Shown in pieces: positions 49,926-62,672 of a stretch of DNA of 64,000 nucleotides. The position numbers were made by a program, and so were the translations under genes. The first letter of the stretch is position 1, and every line of letters begins with the position of its first letter. Source of the DNA: Antedon mediterranea. Its lineage: Eukaryota; Animalia; Echinodermata. Location: NCBI RefSeq assembly GCF_964355755.1, contig NC_092675.1, positions 16,464,912-16,528,911 on the forward strand, written 5' to 3'. The notes under the pieces were generated by a model. The model saw only the letters and a list, made by a program, of their open reading frames with translations. It was not told where the DNA came from and searched no databases.

Positions 49926-51833
49926 GTAAACAAATAAAAGAACCATAACTTTTTCAGCTAAAATGTCCAATTTGTATTAACGGATTCATTCTGCCAAAAA
50001 AGGAAAGATAATTATTTCAGCAATACGACAGCGTCAGGCTACAGTAAGCCTATATCTAACGTACGATGTTCATACGTTACCGCTTTTTACCAGCTAGGCC
50101 TACAAAACTAAGCCGAGAACCGTCTAAGATAGAACTTTTGACATGAGCTACTTAGGTAGTGCATTGTTTTGTTTTTCTATCATAATTAACCTTAGAATGC
50201 ACATTTAAGACAAGAAATGACCTAATTTAATATATAATTTAATTAATATATTTAAAACTTTCAAATAATGTGGCAGTAGATACATTTCTCTTGTAAATTA
50301 ATAATTGTTTAACAAATCCAGAGGCATCACTAATCGCTCTTTGCTTTAGAATTCGTAATATGATAGTATTGTACAACATGACCGCTTGAGTGCTCGTACC
50401 AATTTCTTCATAAATTGAGGCGTTTCATCCGTGAAACAAGTATTTAAAACATTTATTATTACAAGATAGGAAATGAAGGATCACAGTTATTGAATTATTA
50501 TGCACTTTGTTAGATCAATAAGGAGAATTACTGTTGTTAGGGTCGTTTTCTACGATTTAATTTGGTTCTCAATTAACATTGCGTCTACTTTGTTGTGTCG
50601 CGTCAAAGCTTTAGAACACTATTTTATGCTAGGTATTTAATACAAATGAAATTAGGATCATCATATTTACCGAAGCAATTAAAAGTACTGTATATGGTAT
50701 ATGGCAGTAGGAACTTGCTGTACAGTAGGGAAAACATAGTACACCGGTACATATAAAGCGTAACCAATCATTTAAACAAATATTTACCTTTTCTGCAACT
50801 TTCAATACTCAATACCGCACTCACAGGTGTGGAACATTTAGTGGCTGTTATTTTCCACAGAAAATAAATAAAATCCTTAGTAAACCTGTCTTTGGCCGTA
50901 ACACACCTCTTGCAAGGAAAGTCACACATTAAGGAAACCTATCTTGTGTTATGTTCAAAGGTTAGTAATTATTATTGATTTAATCTTAACAATGAACATC
51001 AAAAGGAGTATACCAAATTTTATCGGGGTGTTACAAACAATTATAATAATGTGTGTTAAACTGAAATTTGGTAACAGAATTAAAAAATACAATTCATTTG
51101 TAATATGATTAGCATAAATGTACTAATATGTAAAATTGCAAGAATATTTACTCATTCTTTCATTATATGTTACATAGATAGTTCATGACACCCCTTTTAT
51201 CTCAATGGAACATCCTAATGTTGTTTAGTTTTTAATCACCCAATTGTAAATTGTCCTATGGTGAGACATCTTTAGCGGTATTGTCATTTAAAGTAGAACA
51301 ATAATACCTTGATCAATGTAAGCAAATGCTTAAGTTGTTAATTTAAGCTTGCCAAGTTCAGTCTGTTTTACACAGAAGGCCAGACACTGATGACAATGAT
51401 ACTCTAAACAAATGGATCATATAAAGAAAGGTTTCCTAGCAACCACACTAACACACAGAAAGCAAGAGTACTTCATTATATATTATGTCGGTTATTTGAT
51501 CTGATTTCTCTGAATTTTGTGAAATCTGAAGTTGTTAATGAATGCTATACATTTAAGATAACAATCTGCAGTTGATTGCTATGTTCAATTATAAAGTAAT
51601 TTTTTACTACAAAGGTCAAAAGAAAAAAAAATCTTGCCACAGTTCTAGTGTGTTTAAATTCCATAGGATTTTTCTGAAAAGCTAATAACTTACAACCACT
51701 GGTTAAAAAAAAGTGAATCTGCTAGTGATAATTTAAGATACGATATATTGTATATTGTCATTTAAACAAAATCAAGGGAAAATTAAATTTGATTGGTCAA
51801 ATTTAACATGTAATTAGACAAATACAATATAAA

Positions 51834-52114
51834 AAGCATCATAACCAGTGATTCTAAACTGATCTTACAAACTTGATCATAACCAGTGATCAGTAAGCAT
51901 CGTAACCAGTGATTCTAAACTGATCTTACAAACTTGATCATAACCAGTGATCAGTAAGCATCGTAACCAGTGATTCTAAACTGATCTTACAAACTTGATC
52001 ATAACCAGTGATGTAAGCATCGCAACCAGTGATTCTAAACTGATCTTACAAACTTGATCATAACCAGTGATGTAAGCATCGCAACCAGTGATTCTAAACT
52101 GATCTTACAAACTT
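51834..52114. repeat. 59-61 bp minisatellite, ~4.6 copies
   Basis: aagcatcgtaaccagtgattctaaactgatcttacaaacttgatcataaccagtgat(ca)gt repeated; each unit holds an internal aaccagtgat duplication. Confidence 0.95.
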
Positions 52115-52678
52115 GCTATTAAATATATAAATTGAATTATAAACTAAAATGATTGTTGGCAGCTTTTAGTGTTGTAATATAGAGTGATCAGTCTACCAGT
52201 TTGGCTAAGCTTTAAACATTTATTTAGAGGATGATCGGGATCCTGACAAATTTTAGTTATAGTTTTTAGGATATCTACCTAAATATCAACTACAAAGCGA
52301 AGTTTGAACACAGGAATGTTTTCAAATGAGTCCAACTATCTGAAATGTATAATGAATATAGATGTGTCCGATCATATGGGTAAAAAAAAGCAGTGAACAA
52401 ACAGTGTTACTGGACTGTACATACTGCCATACTGTACACACCCATTACCATAAAAGATACCTACGGAATGTTTATACAGATGTACAATTTGATATCAATG
52501 GATAACTATGTTTGTTGTTCACTTTACAATACTGCTTACTATACAAATACATCTCTTTTGAAGTTTCACTTTCACAAAATTCCAAGCCTTACATACGGTA
52601 ATCTATGGCTACATTTTGGTCACCAGTAATAAGCCCAGTTTGTAATTAAACAGAAGTGGGCTTGTAATAATATGTAAT

Positions 52679-55533
52679 AACTAGATTTAATTCGTCACTA
52701 TGACGAATTATAGGTTATATGCATTGATTTAAATAAAGATAATTGATTGATTTAAGATATATTGATTGATTGATTTTCTCAGAATCTTTAGTTATTTATA
52801 ATATATGATAGAATCTTGCTAACGCAAATACAATAGCCGGTATAATAATCCGATCAACGATCCTTTTGCGTATATAATGTCATAAACCACATTTGTGTTT
52901 TTATCTAGATTTCATTATAAATCATGTGTATAATCTATACACTAAGAAATACAATTGAACAAACAATACGGATAATAAAAAAAAATCTTATTTTGTTTCG
53001 TTTCCCAAGGTGAGACTTGAACTCGGTACCTTGAATGCTATAGACACAAGCAAAGACCACCGAGCCATACACATCTGACTAAAAGTTATGGAAAGATTCC
53101 TCAGTGTATTTACTATGCAGTAACCACTTAGGTGCAGATAGATTATTACATACCGCAATGAATTATAATGTTTTACTCTGATGACATCTTTAAACATTTT
53201 TTAAAATGATGCACTGTCAAACTATATACTTTTAACTTTAATATATGAACTTCTTAAGGAAGAAAGTTAATGTTAAGTTTGTTATTTCGGCCTAAGAAAA
53301 TGTTATAATTTGATTGATTGTCGAAATTAATTTTTTTAAATTTAATATGCCATTAATGACTTAATCAACTTTTGCTCTCTTAATTTCATAATAAATCATA
53401 CATATGATACATACACTTCAAGAAAATGAAATAAAAAATAGGTGTTCCCGAGCATTCTAACGATATACAGTATATTAATTGCGTAGCCTGTCACCTTTGA
53501 CGTGCTCGTATAACGCTGTTTCGCGTCGAAAAGTGAATAAAATATGATATTATTAAAGAAAGGTTATACAACAGTAATCGGACCAAAACAGTGCGCATTA
53601 AGGTTTGACGCGTGCAAAAATCTACACAGTCATGGCAACTTTTTAAACGCTTAAAATTGCCTGAAACGTACTCTAATTTCATTGAAAATAAATTGACAAT
53701 TTTGAAAAGTTTAAGCGCGCGTACGCATGCGTTATATGCGCTACGCACGTAATTGTATTGCTATATGATGAAATATGACCTGAAATTTATGAGTACCAAA
53801 TTTTGTTTAAAAGTGATTCATGCTTGTGAAAATATGATTACAAACGTGATTTCGTTAAATCGCGCGTAGACCGCGTAATTTTTGATTGCGCACCGTGAAA
53901 ACATAACCACATCGATTCCTGGCCATAAGGAATATACTCTGAAAAATTGACTTAGCTAGATGAAACTGATATCTATATATAAATTTACGTAAGGGTAAAA
54001 TTCGGTAAATCTCGGTTTATTTCTAGAATTTTTACTCGATGGTATATAAAGTTGGTTCATACTTTCGGTACTTATTTTAACCATCTGATGTAACCCTGTT
54101 TACTAATTAAATTGAGTTAGGTAATTAGTTATTGACGATTAAAACGAATTTAGGTTCAACGATTTGCCCCAAATAGGGGTGTTTTCCGATCGTGGTATAC
54201 ACTGTCTAATGGATGTCCATCTTGAAAAATACCCGCCACAAAAATACGAGGAGGCTTCGCATTTTCCTATCTCCTCCTACGATAATTGTTTTTAATAGCT
54301 GAAAACTGGTTGAACAGCTAGAGTACATCATCATAATGTTGAAGACAGGCCGATTTTCTTTAAAAAATACTATTTTGATAGATTTAATATACGATTATAC
54401 AAATGTATTGATTTGCGATGAATGGAACATTCCAATCTCTGTTTCACAAGTGTCTATTCCCTCAGGCGTCGTAAAGGCAAGTACAGTACTGTATACTCGA
54501 AATTCGATCCATTTTTGTTTTTAATCTGTGCTGCAGAGGTTGGATATAATTTTTTTTTAAACGGATAATGAGCTAGCGTTTTCACTCGCCGTATATTATG
54601 TACAAATCTTTATTATTGCAGTTAAACCACCCACATCATCACCTTTCCCTCACTGGCATGAGTAGCGTTGTAAAACCAGTAGAGAATAGGCCTACGGTAC
54701 ATCACATGCCTTAAACGCAGAACAACTTTGGTGGGTAGGGTAGGAACCAACTTAAGTATGAATTGGCTCTAAGAAACCATTGAAAACCATTAGGCCTACT
54801 AATTAAGTTGAATTAGATAATTTAATATTTATTGACGATTAAATCGAATTTATGATTTTCCCCGAATAGAGGTGGTTTTCACAAATTGTTTTACATTATA
54901 TTATAAACATATACACGTCGTGGTGATGTATCGTTACATGTGCTGTACTATTTCAATCGACTAGGACGGTGATAGTTTTAACAAAGTATTACATCGCAAT
55001 GTTTTACTGTGTTTAGTGGTATATTATTTGTAAAACATGAAAGCAATTAATATTTCGTTACTAAATGGATAAAGAATATATTTTAACATTGTTCCTCTTT
55101 GCACCCATCCTCTTCCCCATCCCTCAACCCTAATGTTACATACAAAACACAAATTAAGTTTGTTTAAATTTGACTTAAACAATTGGTCTTATTTTGTGAC
55201 AAGTTTCTCTTTCGGAAGTAATAGGGTGCTAATTTTAGTTGAGTAAATAAATCACAGTGTCTATTTATTCGTTCCTGTAAACGACATGTATTATTGTCCT
55301 GCGGTACGTACATTTGAAATCGCCAGTTTTTTAACGCTGAAATTATTATGTATTCGAGAACCATCTGTGGGCACGACCTAGATGGTACGCGAGCGAAGCG
55401 AGCGTACCATCTAGTCAAGATAATTGACTGACAAAATAGTGCTAAGGAAAGAATAAATAAACAAAGATCCTGACAGAATCAAGAGAATCAAGAATCAAGG
55501 TTATATGCATAATAATGCATATAACCTAATAAT
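52679..55533. mobile_element. Helentron/HINE-like non-autonomous element with a nested Helitron-like insert
   Basis: Start aactagat..aggttatatgcat; end palindrome aggttatatgcat-aata-atgcatataacct; CpG-rich interior. Confidence 0.5.
53971..55415 (-). mobile_element. Helitron-like non-autonomous element
   Basis: One end is actag plus hairpin ctagatggtacgc/gcgtaccatctag (55378-55414); the other end is atatatagat on the minus strand (53971). Same terminal logic as 61065-62566. Confidence 0.55.
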
Positions 55534-56049
55534 ACATTTGTCAACAACTATTGTCAGAATCAATGTGGTAATTGGATATTGTATGAGAACATTAGTTAGT
55601 AAACCCTTAATTAGCGACCCACCGTGCTAAAGTGAACAACATTATGCTGTAAAATCCCATGCTAAGTATATTCCCTTTCTGTAATTATTAGGTCACTAGA
55701 TTAAGTTACCAATTTTTAGATTCAGAATTTAAAAAACAAGGAGGCACAAATATGTTCAATGTTTAATATCTACTGTATAAATGAAATACAAAATAAAATT
55801 CAATATAAAAACAAATGAAAAATAGACTGTAAAAAAATCACTTGACTATTAGTGAAATGTATAGACCAACATGACAAATCCTGTACAGTTATGATTTTTA
55901 AAACTTTATTACTATACAACCTCAAGCGTGGATTCAAGTGCCACCGCCATGACACACTATTCATGAAAGAAAAGAGAAGCAACATCGACATTTAAATAAC
56001 AACCTTTAAATTTAGAATAGCTCTACTTTTTTCTAGAGTTTGCATGTCA

Positions 56050-56510
56050 CAAAAAGAAGATAAGCTACGAAGTTGACAACCTATTAATTTAGAACTTAAG
56101 TTAATAATTCTTTGTAGTGAGTTTCTCTCTTTTACCCTAAAACTAAAAAACCAGCATATAAAGGAAAAGGTTAAAACGTTCTCAATAAAGGAATTATAAA
56201 AACCCTACACATTACTTTATCGACACTAAAATAGTTCAGCTTCCTTAACAGATAAAGTCTCTTGTGTCCTTTCTTTACTATTGCCTCTGTATTTAATTCC
56301 CAGCCGAGATTGTCCTCAAATATAGTACCTAGGGTATTTAAAGGAATGGACAATATCGACTCGTTCGTCATTTATGATGGATACCCGAGGGCTGCGTTTT
56401 TCTCGTTCCTAAAATCTACAATCATCTCCTTGGTTTTGGTCACATTGAGTTCCAAGTAGGAGTTTCCACAAAATTGAATAAAACCATCTAAAGCGGAACC
56501 ATGACAGTCC
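56050..56510 (-). mobile_element. Decayed Rex/Babar-like LINE fragment
   Basis: YLELNVTKTKEMIVDFR, YLGTIFEDNLGWELNTEAIVKKGHKRLYLLRKL, FYNSFIENVLTF across frameshifts. Confidence 0.85.
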
Positions 56511-56594
56511 TGTGAATTATGAAGGAGAGACAGCAAGACAGTGTGTCAGCAAAATGAATATTGTCCTGTTTTCTGCGACAGTCAGTGGTGTATA

Positions 56595-56776
56595 TATTCA
56601 TCGTCAAACCAAACCATTTATTGTGAAGTCAAATCGGTCGTCTTCAAATCAAACGATTCATCGGAAAATCATTCATCGTGAAGCCAAAACGTTCATTGTG
56701 AAACCAAACCCTTCATCGTGATGTCAAATTGTTCATCGCCAGACCAATCATCGTGAAAAATGGTGTGACTAGACGG
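56595..56776. repeat. Degenerate array of ttcatcgt(c/g)aaacc units, probably one arm of a foldback-type element
   Basis: About ten diverged ttcatcg-containing units at ~16-20 bp spacing. Confidence 0.5.
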
Positions 56777-57987
56777 TGAATGATTTAGGTTTACATTGAT
56801 GTTTATATACATGAATGGTTTGGGTTGATGATAATTGGATTGAGGACTTTTGGTGGACTTGGCTTGCCATAGACAACAGTTTACAAATTATTAAACTTTG
56901 TTCATAACATGACCCAATTACATGATTCATAATCCAAAATGTTGTACAAATTAGAATTGATTTCTGAGTGCCACTAGCAATAGATGAATTGTACACTTTT
57001 TACATACATAATTTTAACAACCCGGTGTGGGTATTGTGAGTCCAAACCAAATAGTTAACATGTATATAAACATTATGTCTCCTTTGAACTGGCAATAATC
57101 TGTGATATCATAATCCAGTTGGCTGGGTTACAAAACATCCTATGATGCACAAATTTCAATTAAATTGTCATCATAAATCATTACATTTTCAAAGGCTGAC
57201 AATCTCTTCACAAAAATATTGATATTTTGCAATATCATGACCCAATTACTGACTCAAAAGCTGACATTAATGTCATTAATATTTCTTTTTCTATGACACA
57301 ATTGGTGTGTAATGTAACACAAACATTTGACACATTTGTCAGAATTTTACAATAATTCAACACCCTGCTCACACATTCAGTAACACAAAAAAGATGGAAA
57401 GGTCATAGCTGTTCTAAAAGATCAATGGTTATAGTTCCTTCATCCAGCCCAACTTTATATCTGTCACCTGTTGAAACAACATGTGATGTTGCACCTCACA
57501 CTTTCATCATAGAGGTGCCCTACATACTGTAGTAGACCTACAACAGCCTCACACTTTCACTAATCACAGTTGACTGAATTTACTGTATGTGTACCAGCAG
57601 TTGAGAAATTTAGAGGCAGGACAAAATTGTAGGGAATGTACATCATAAATACCTAGAACCTTCCTCTGTTTATGAGTATGCAAGCAACGTACAGGTATAA
57701 TAAGTCTGTTCTATAAATGGGACATAAACACAAATTACTCAATTAATACAATGATCTAATATAAGCATTCTATGAATGATATATACTGCAGTATACAGAC
57801 ACAAGTTCTTTTTAACTAGTGGGTTCCAGCTTATGTAGTATGACATGCCATGTGTGCTAAAATATTTTTTGAAGAATCGTCTACTAGAACCTAAAAAATA
57901 CATCCTGTACAGCAAAAACGTTCTACATGTATGAGAAAACAGTATTTTATTTTATTTTTTATTTTATTCAATTTTCAGGCACAAAAA

Positions 57988-60541
57988 TCAAGTCAAGTCA
58001 AGTCAAGTATCATTTATTATCATTTGTTTTAGGAAAAACATAGAAATTCTGTTTGCTCTGTTGGCGGAGCACAATATCCAACGGACACAACACGAACTAA
58101 AAAACAAAAACATTACAAAAAAAAGTGTCTACATCATATTTAAGGCTCTAATAGATCCTGGAAAGAAACTATTTGTAAATCGTGCCTTATTGGCCTTAAT
58201 AGAACGAAATCGCCGACCGCTGCGCATCAACTGAAATATATTTAAATATGGTATAAAAGTATAATAATAATGAGAACATGCATTGAAGTTTAGTTTTAGT
58301 TTAAGTTTAGTTTAAGTTGTTTTCAAATTTTGTTTAAATGTGCCGTAGGGCCCCTCGGAAGAGCAGTTTTATTTTATTACTGAGAGGGCTACCCTACTAA
58401 AAGAAAACGAAATAAATAAATAAATAAATAAACATACTAGAGGCCGGATGAAATTGATCATCTTTGATAGCCACTGCCTTTTTCAGAAGACGATCCGAAA
58501 ATATGTTCTCCAAAGGCAGTTGTGCAGATCCAATTATACGCGATGCGGTCTTGACTATTCTATTTAGGTCACGCTTTTCATTTTCGGTAGCTCTACCGAA
58601 CCATACCGTTAAAGAATACGTTATTACACTCTCTATAACTGACCTATAGAAGGACGACATTATTTCAGAGTTTATACCAAATGATTTAAGTCTACGTAGG
58701 AAGTAGATTCTTCTTTGGGCCTTTCTAATAATGTTACGTGTGTTAATATGCCACTTCAGATCATTTGAAATATAAATACCCAAGAATTTAAATTCTTCTA
58801 CAAACTCAACTGATATACCATTAATAAATATTGGATATTTGACATTAAGTGATTTACGGAAGTCAACAACCATTTCTTTAGTCTTAGATACATTCAAGAA
58901 CAGATTGTTTTCGTTACACCAGTCTACAACTCGTTTAACTTGGTTGCGATAATTAAACTCATCACTGTCATCATTGATTAGACCTACAATGGTAGTATCA
59001 TCCGCAAATTTAGCGATATGACAGTTACTGTAGTAGGTAACACAGTCATAGGTAAATAAAGTAAAAAGAAAGGGCGACAGTACACAGCCTTGTGGTACAC
59101 ATATTTATAATACGCTTATCTGATATAATGGTACCCACTTTAGTACGTTGGGGTCGATCAGTTAAAAAGTTTAACACCCAGTTACATATAGAAATATCGA
59201 AACCGATTTCAACCATCTTAGTGTGTAACTTATACGGTACAATCGTATTAAATGCTGAACTAAAATCTATATATAAAATCCTAGCATATCTTTTATCACG
59301 TTCGAGATGCTCTAAGATCCTATGCAAAGTGATCGATACAGCATCTTCGGTTGACCGGTTTGGTCTATAGGCGAACTGATATTGGTCAAGATCTCGAGGA
59401 CACTTGGCCTTTAGGTAATTAAGGACTATATGTTCAAAGCATTTCATCAGAACCGATGTTAATGTTATAGGTCGATAATCATTCAGGGTTTCGATTGGGG
59501 AACGTTTCGGAATTGGAACTATTATAGAATCTTTAAAACATCGCGGAATAATTTGAGATATAAGAGAGAAATTGAAAATGTATGTAAAAATATGGGCAAT
59601 CTGTTTGCAACAATGTTTAACAAGCATAGGGGATATACCGTATGGACCAGCTGACTTATTTGACTTACATCTACTAAACTCAATACAAGTATTCTCTTCA
59701 AGAACAACTAACGGTACATCATTACCATTTTCATAATTATTGTCTTGATGGAGAGGGGGAGTGTCAAAACGACTGAAGAAATCATTCAGTCGTTGGGGTA
59801 GGTCATCATTTGAGTTAATTTTATCAGATTTTGGTTTGTAGTTAGTTATTTTATTTAAGCTTTTCCATAACTCTCTGGAATTGCCGGAAGATATATCTTC
59901 CTCTAACCTATTTTTAAATTCTCTCTTGGCTTTATTTATTCCCTTTCTTAACTCGTATTTTGATTTCCTAAATAGATCCTTATCATTTGATCTGAAAGCC
60001 CTGTCTCTCTTTCGTATCAGATCCTTAATAGACTTATTAAACCATGGGTTTTGATTTGGATATATCTTAACTACGTCTTTATCAATACATATGTCCTGGC
60101 AGAATTTAATATATGAAATAACGGATTCAGTACATAAGTTAATGTCCGAACTGTCCTTAAAAGCATTCCAGTCTGTACAATCAAAGCAGCCTTGTAGTTT
60201 CATAATATTATCCGGTGTCCATTTGCTAATCATGCGTGATTTGACAGCCTCGCGCTTAAACTGACATCTGTATCGTGGTATCATGTAAATTAGGTTGTGG
60301 TCGGACTCGCCAAGTGGAGGTCGCTTTAGTGACCTGTAAGAATCTTTAATTGTTGTATAACAATGATCCAAGATGTTATTGTTCCGGGTCGCAACCGTAA
60401 CATGTTGAAACAATTTGGGGAGCGTTTTCTTCAAATTTACGTGGTTGAAATCACCTAATATTATGGAAGTTGCATTTGGATGTTTTAATTCGTTGTCAGT
60501 TACTATAGTAGATAGTTGGGTAGCCGCGGATTCTGCATTTG
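57988..60541 (-). mobile_element. 5'-truncated Rex1/Babar-like LINE (end of AP endonuclease, RT, C-terminal region), inactive
   Basis: ILGDFNH..TRNNNILDHCY; LNDYRPITLTSVLMKCFE; QFAYRPNRSTEDA; YIDFSSAFNTI; PQGCVLSP; KFADDT; KTKEMVVDFRK; SGRRFRSI..NSFFP; (cttga)n tail. Frameshift near 59100 and an insertion at ~58241-58431. Confidence 0.93.
58241..58431 (+). mobile_element. Retroposed 3'-end fragment (LINE/SINE tail) inserted into the Rex-like LINE
   Basis: Interrupts the host frame between FHPASSMF and QLMRSGRR; carries gggcccctcggaagagcagt..actgagagggctaccct and an (aaat)n tail in the opposite orientation. Confidence 0.75.
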
Positions 60542-60766
60542 TAATGTATTTAAAAATACATTACAACAAGACAGCGGTGCAGCACCCTGAGGATTGCCAT
60601 GAGTGCAAAGCACTATCGTTGCATTTGGATGTTTTAATTCGTTGTCAGTTACTATAGTAGATAGTTGGGTAGCCGCGGATTCTGCATTTGTAATGTATTT
60701 AAAAATACATTACAACAAGACAGCGGTGCAGCACCCTGAGGATTGCCATGAGTGCAAAGCACTATC
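60469..60766. repeat. Perfect 149-bp tandem duplication spanning the LINE 5' junction
   Basis: 60469-60617 is identical to 60618-60766. Confidence 0.92.
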
Positions 60767-61064
60767 GAGATGGCTCTCCATATACTGCACTGCACAGTAG
60801 CTAATTTACGCCACGAAAATTCAATATGAATTTAATTTGACAATTCAAATACCAATATTGATGATATAATATAATACAACCTTGTAGTTACAATTTTCAC
60901 ATTGATTTTGTTTTGTATGATATCTTATTAAAATCAATTTTATATATCATCTCCAGAATAGAACATATGTTTGAAAAAAAAAATTGTTCATTTAGTTATT
61001 CCAGGTCAATTGACATTGCTTAACTGAAAGAATCTCTCCAACCTAGTCACCTGAATTTAATTAG

Positions 61065-62566
61065 ACTAGTAGTAACCCGTGCTTCGCATGGTCTTTTTCT
61101 GCCCTATCCATGGTTATATACTTTGCATGGGCAAGTATAATAAAAGCGCACTCTGATAAAAGTACTCTGAAAAATTATTAAAAAAAAAACAAATTGTAAC
61201 TACTGTATTTACGTCGGCCATTGATTTTGTTATACACTATCCCTTCACTTTGAAATACATGTAGACTGAAAAATGAAAGCAATACTGGATATGGAATTTT
61301 TTACTTTACTTTTGACTGTTCAGAAAAAGTGTGCTGTGTGAATTAGATCATGCGTGCAAACACTAACGAAAGTATAAAATGCCAAACTATATTATTTTGG
61401 GTTTTTTCGTGGTGTATTAATTATTTGATACATATAGATAAAATAAAAAAATGTTTAACATAAATCGATTAAAAACATTGATGTGGAAACACGAATTGTT
61501 ATGTTGTTTTAATGTTCAACAATATATAAAACCATTTGGAATCGTTTTGGTTGTGTTCATTTTTATTAATTTACATTTTATTTCATTTCAATGGTTTTGA
61601 TATTTTACAATTATTTTGTGAGAGAGATTTGTAATAGCTATTTGCTACTTCTGTAATTAAATTGTGGTCTATGGCAGTAACTCGTGCTCCGCACGGTTTT
61701 GTCTGCCTTAATAATAATTTGCATGGGAGGATTAAGTATAAAAGCGCAATACTGGATATAGGATATGAAAGTGACAATGTGCAAGAGAGGTGCACGTTTA
61801 AGTATGTCAATCAGTCGGTAGATTAAAACATTTTAATGATAAAATATGAATAATATGAATTAACTTACGGACACAAAAAGTGTCCGAAAGTAAATGATGC
61901 GCTCAGATTTTTTTTGGGTGTATTTTTCGTTGATATTTTGTGGAAACATGACACCCATTTGGGTTGTGTGTTTTGGGGTTTTTTTTTACATTTACAATTT
62001 TTTTCATGTTTTTTGTATTTTGCAATTTTTTTGTTTTTGAAGTTTTTTATCTTTTTTTTGCTAGTTTTGTAAATTTACATTGTGGTCTAGTTTTGATTTT
62101 TAGCTTTAAAACCGGTGGTAATTACACATGTCGCGAATTGAACTCGAACATACTAAGCATTGATATCAATGGTTACGGCGATTTGCTCACTGAGCCAAAC
62201 CGTGATTTACGGTCATTCTGTTCAAAGAATAGGTGTAATTAATTAAAACTTCAATGACACGATCATTCGATACGGTTGACTAAAGACAGCTGCCCGCATG
62301 GTATTTGTAGATCCGGCCATGGCGGTACACAACACAGGAGGTTGCGTAGTTTATACAGTGACGTAACATGGTCGCTGAGACGTCAAATTACTGCCATTTT
62401 TTCCTTTTTTTTAGTGTTTATCCTTAAAATTCAAGAAAGTGACATAGTCTATCGTGTGCGGCCCATCAATAAATATCAGTGTGCCAAATGTGAGCACGTA
62501 CCGTTCAGTGGTTTTGGAGGAGATACGTAGAATACGCGAACCATTTAGTAGCATTAATATATAGAT
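61065..62566 (+). mobile_element. Non-autonomous Helitron/Helentron-like element
   Basis: Begins actagtagtaacccgtgcttcgcatgg (short hairpin); ends cagtggttttggaggagat..attaatatatagat; no TIR or TSD; partial copy at 1500-1977. Confidence 0.7.
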
Positions 62567-62672
62567 GCAGTAGTATGCAAATTCATTTTGGAGAAAATTG
62601 TAGAGTAGAATGCCAATAGGGTCACTATCTCATGAAATGCAGCAATATACTGTATGTTTTACAGTAGAGTCT

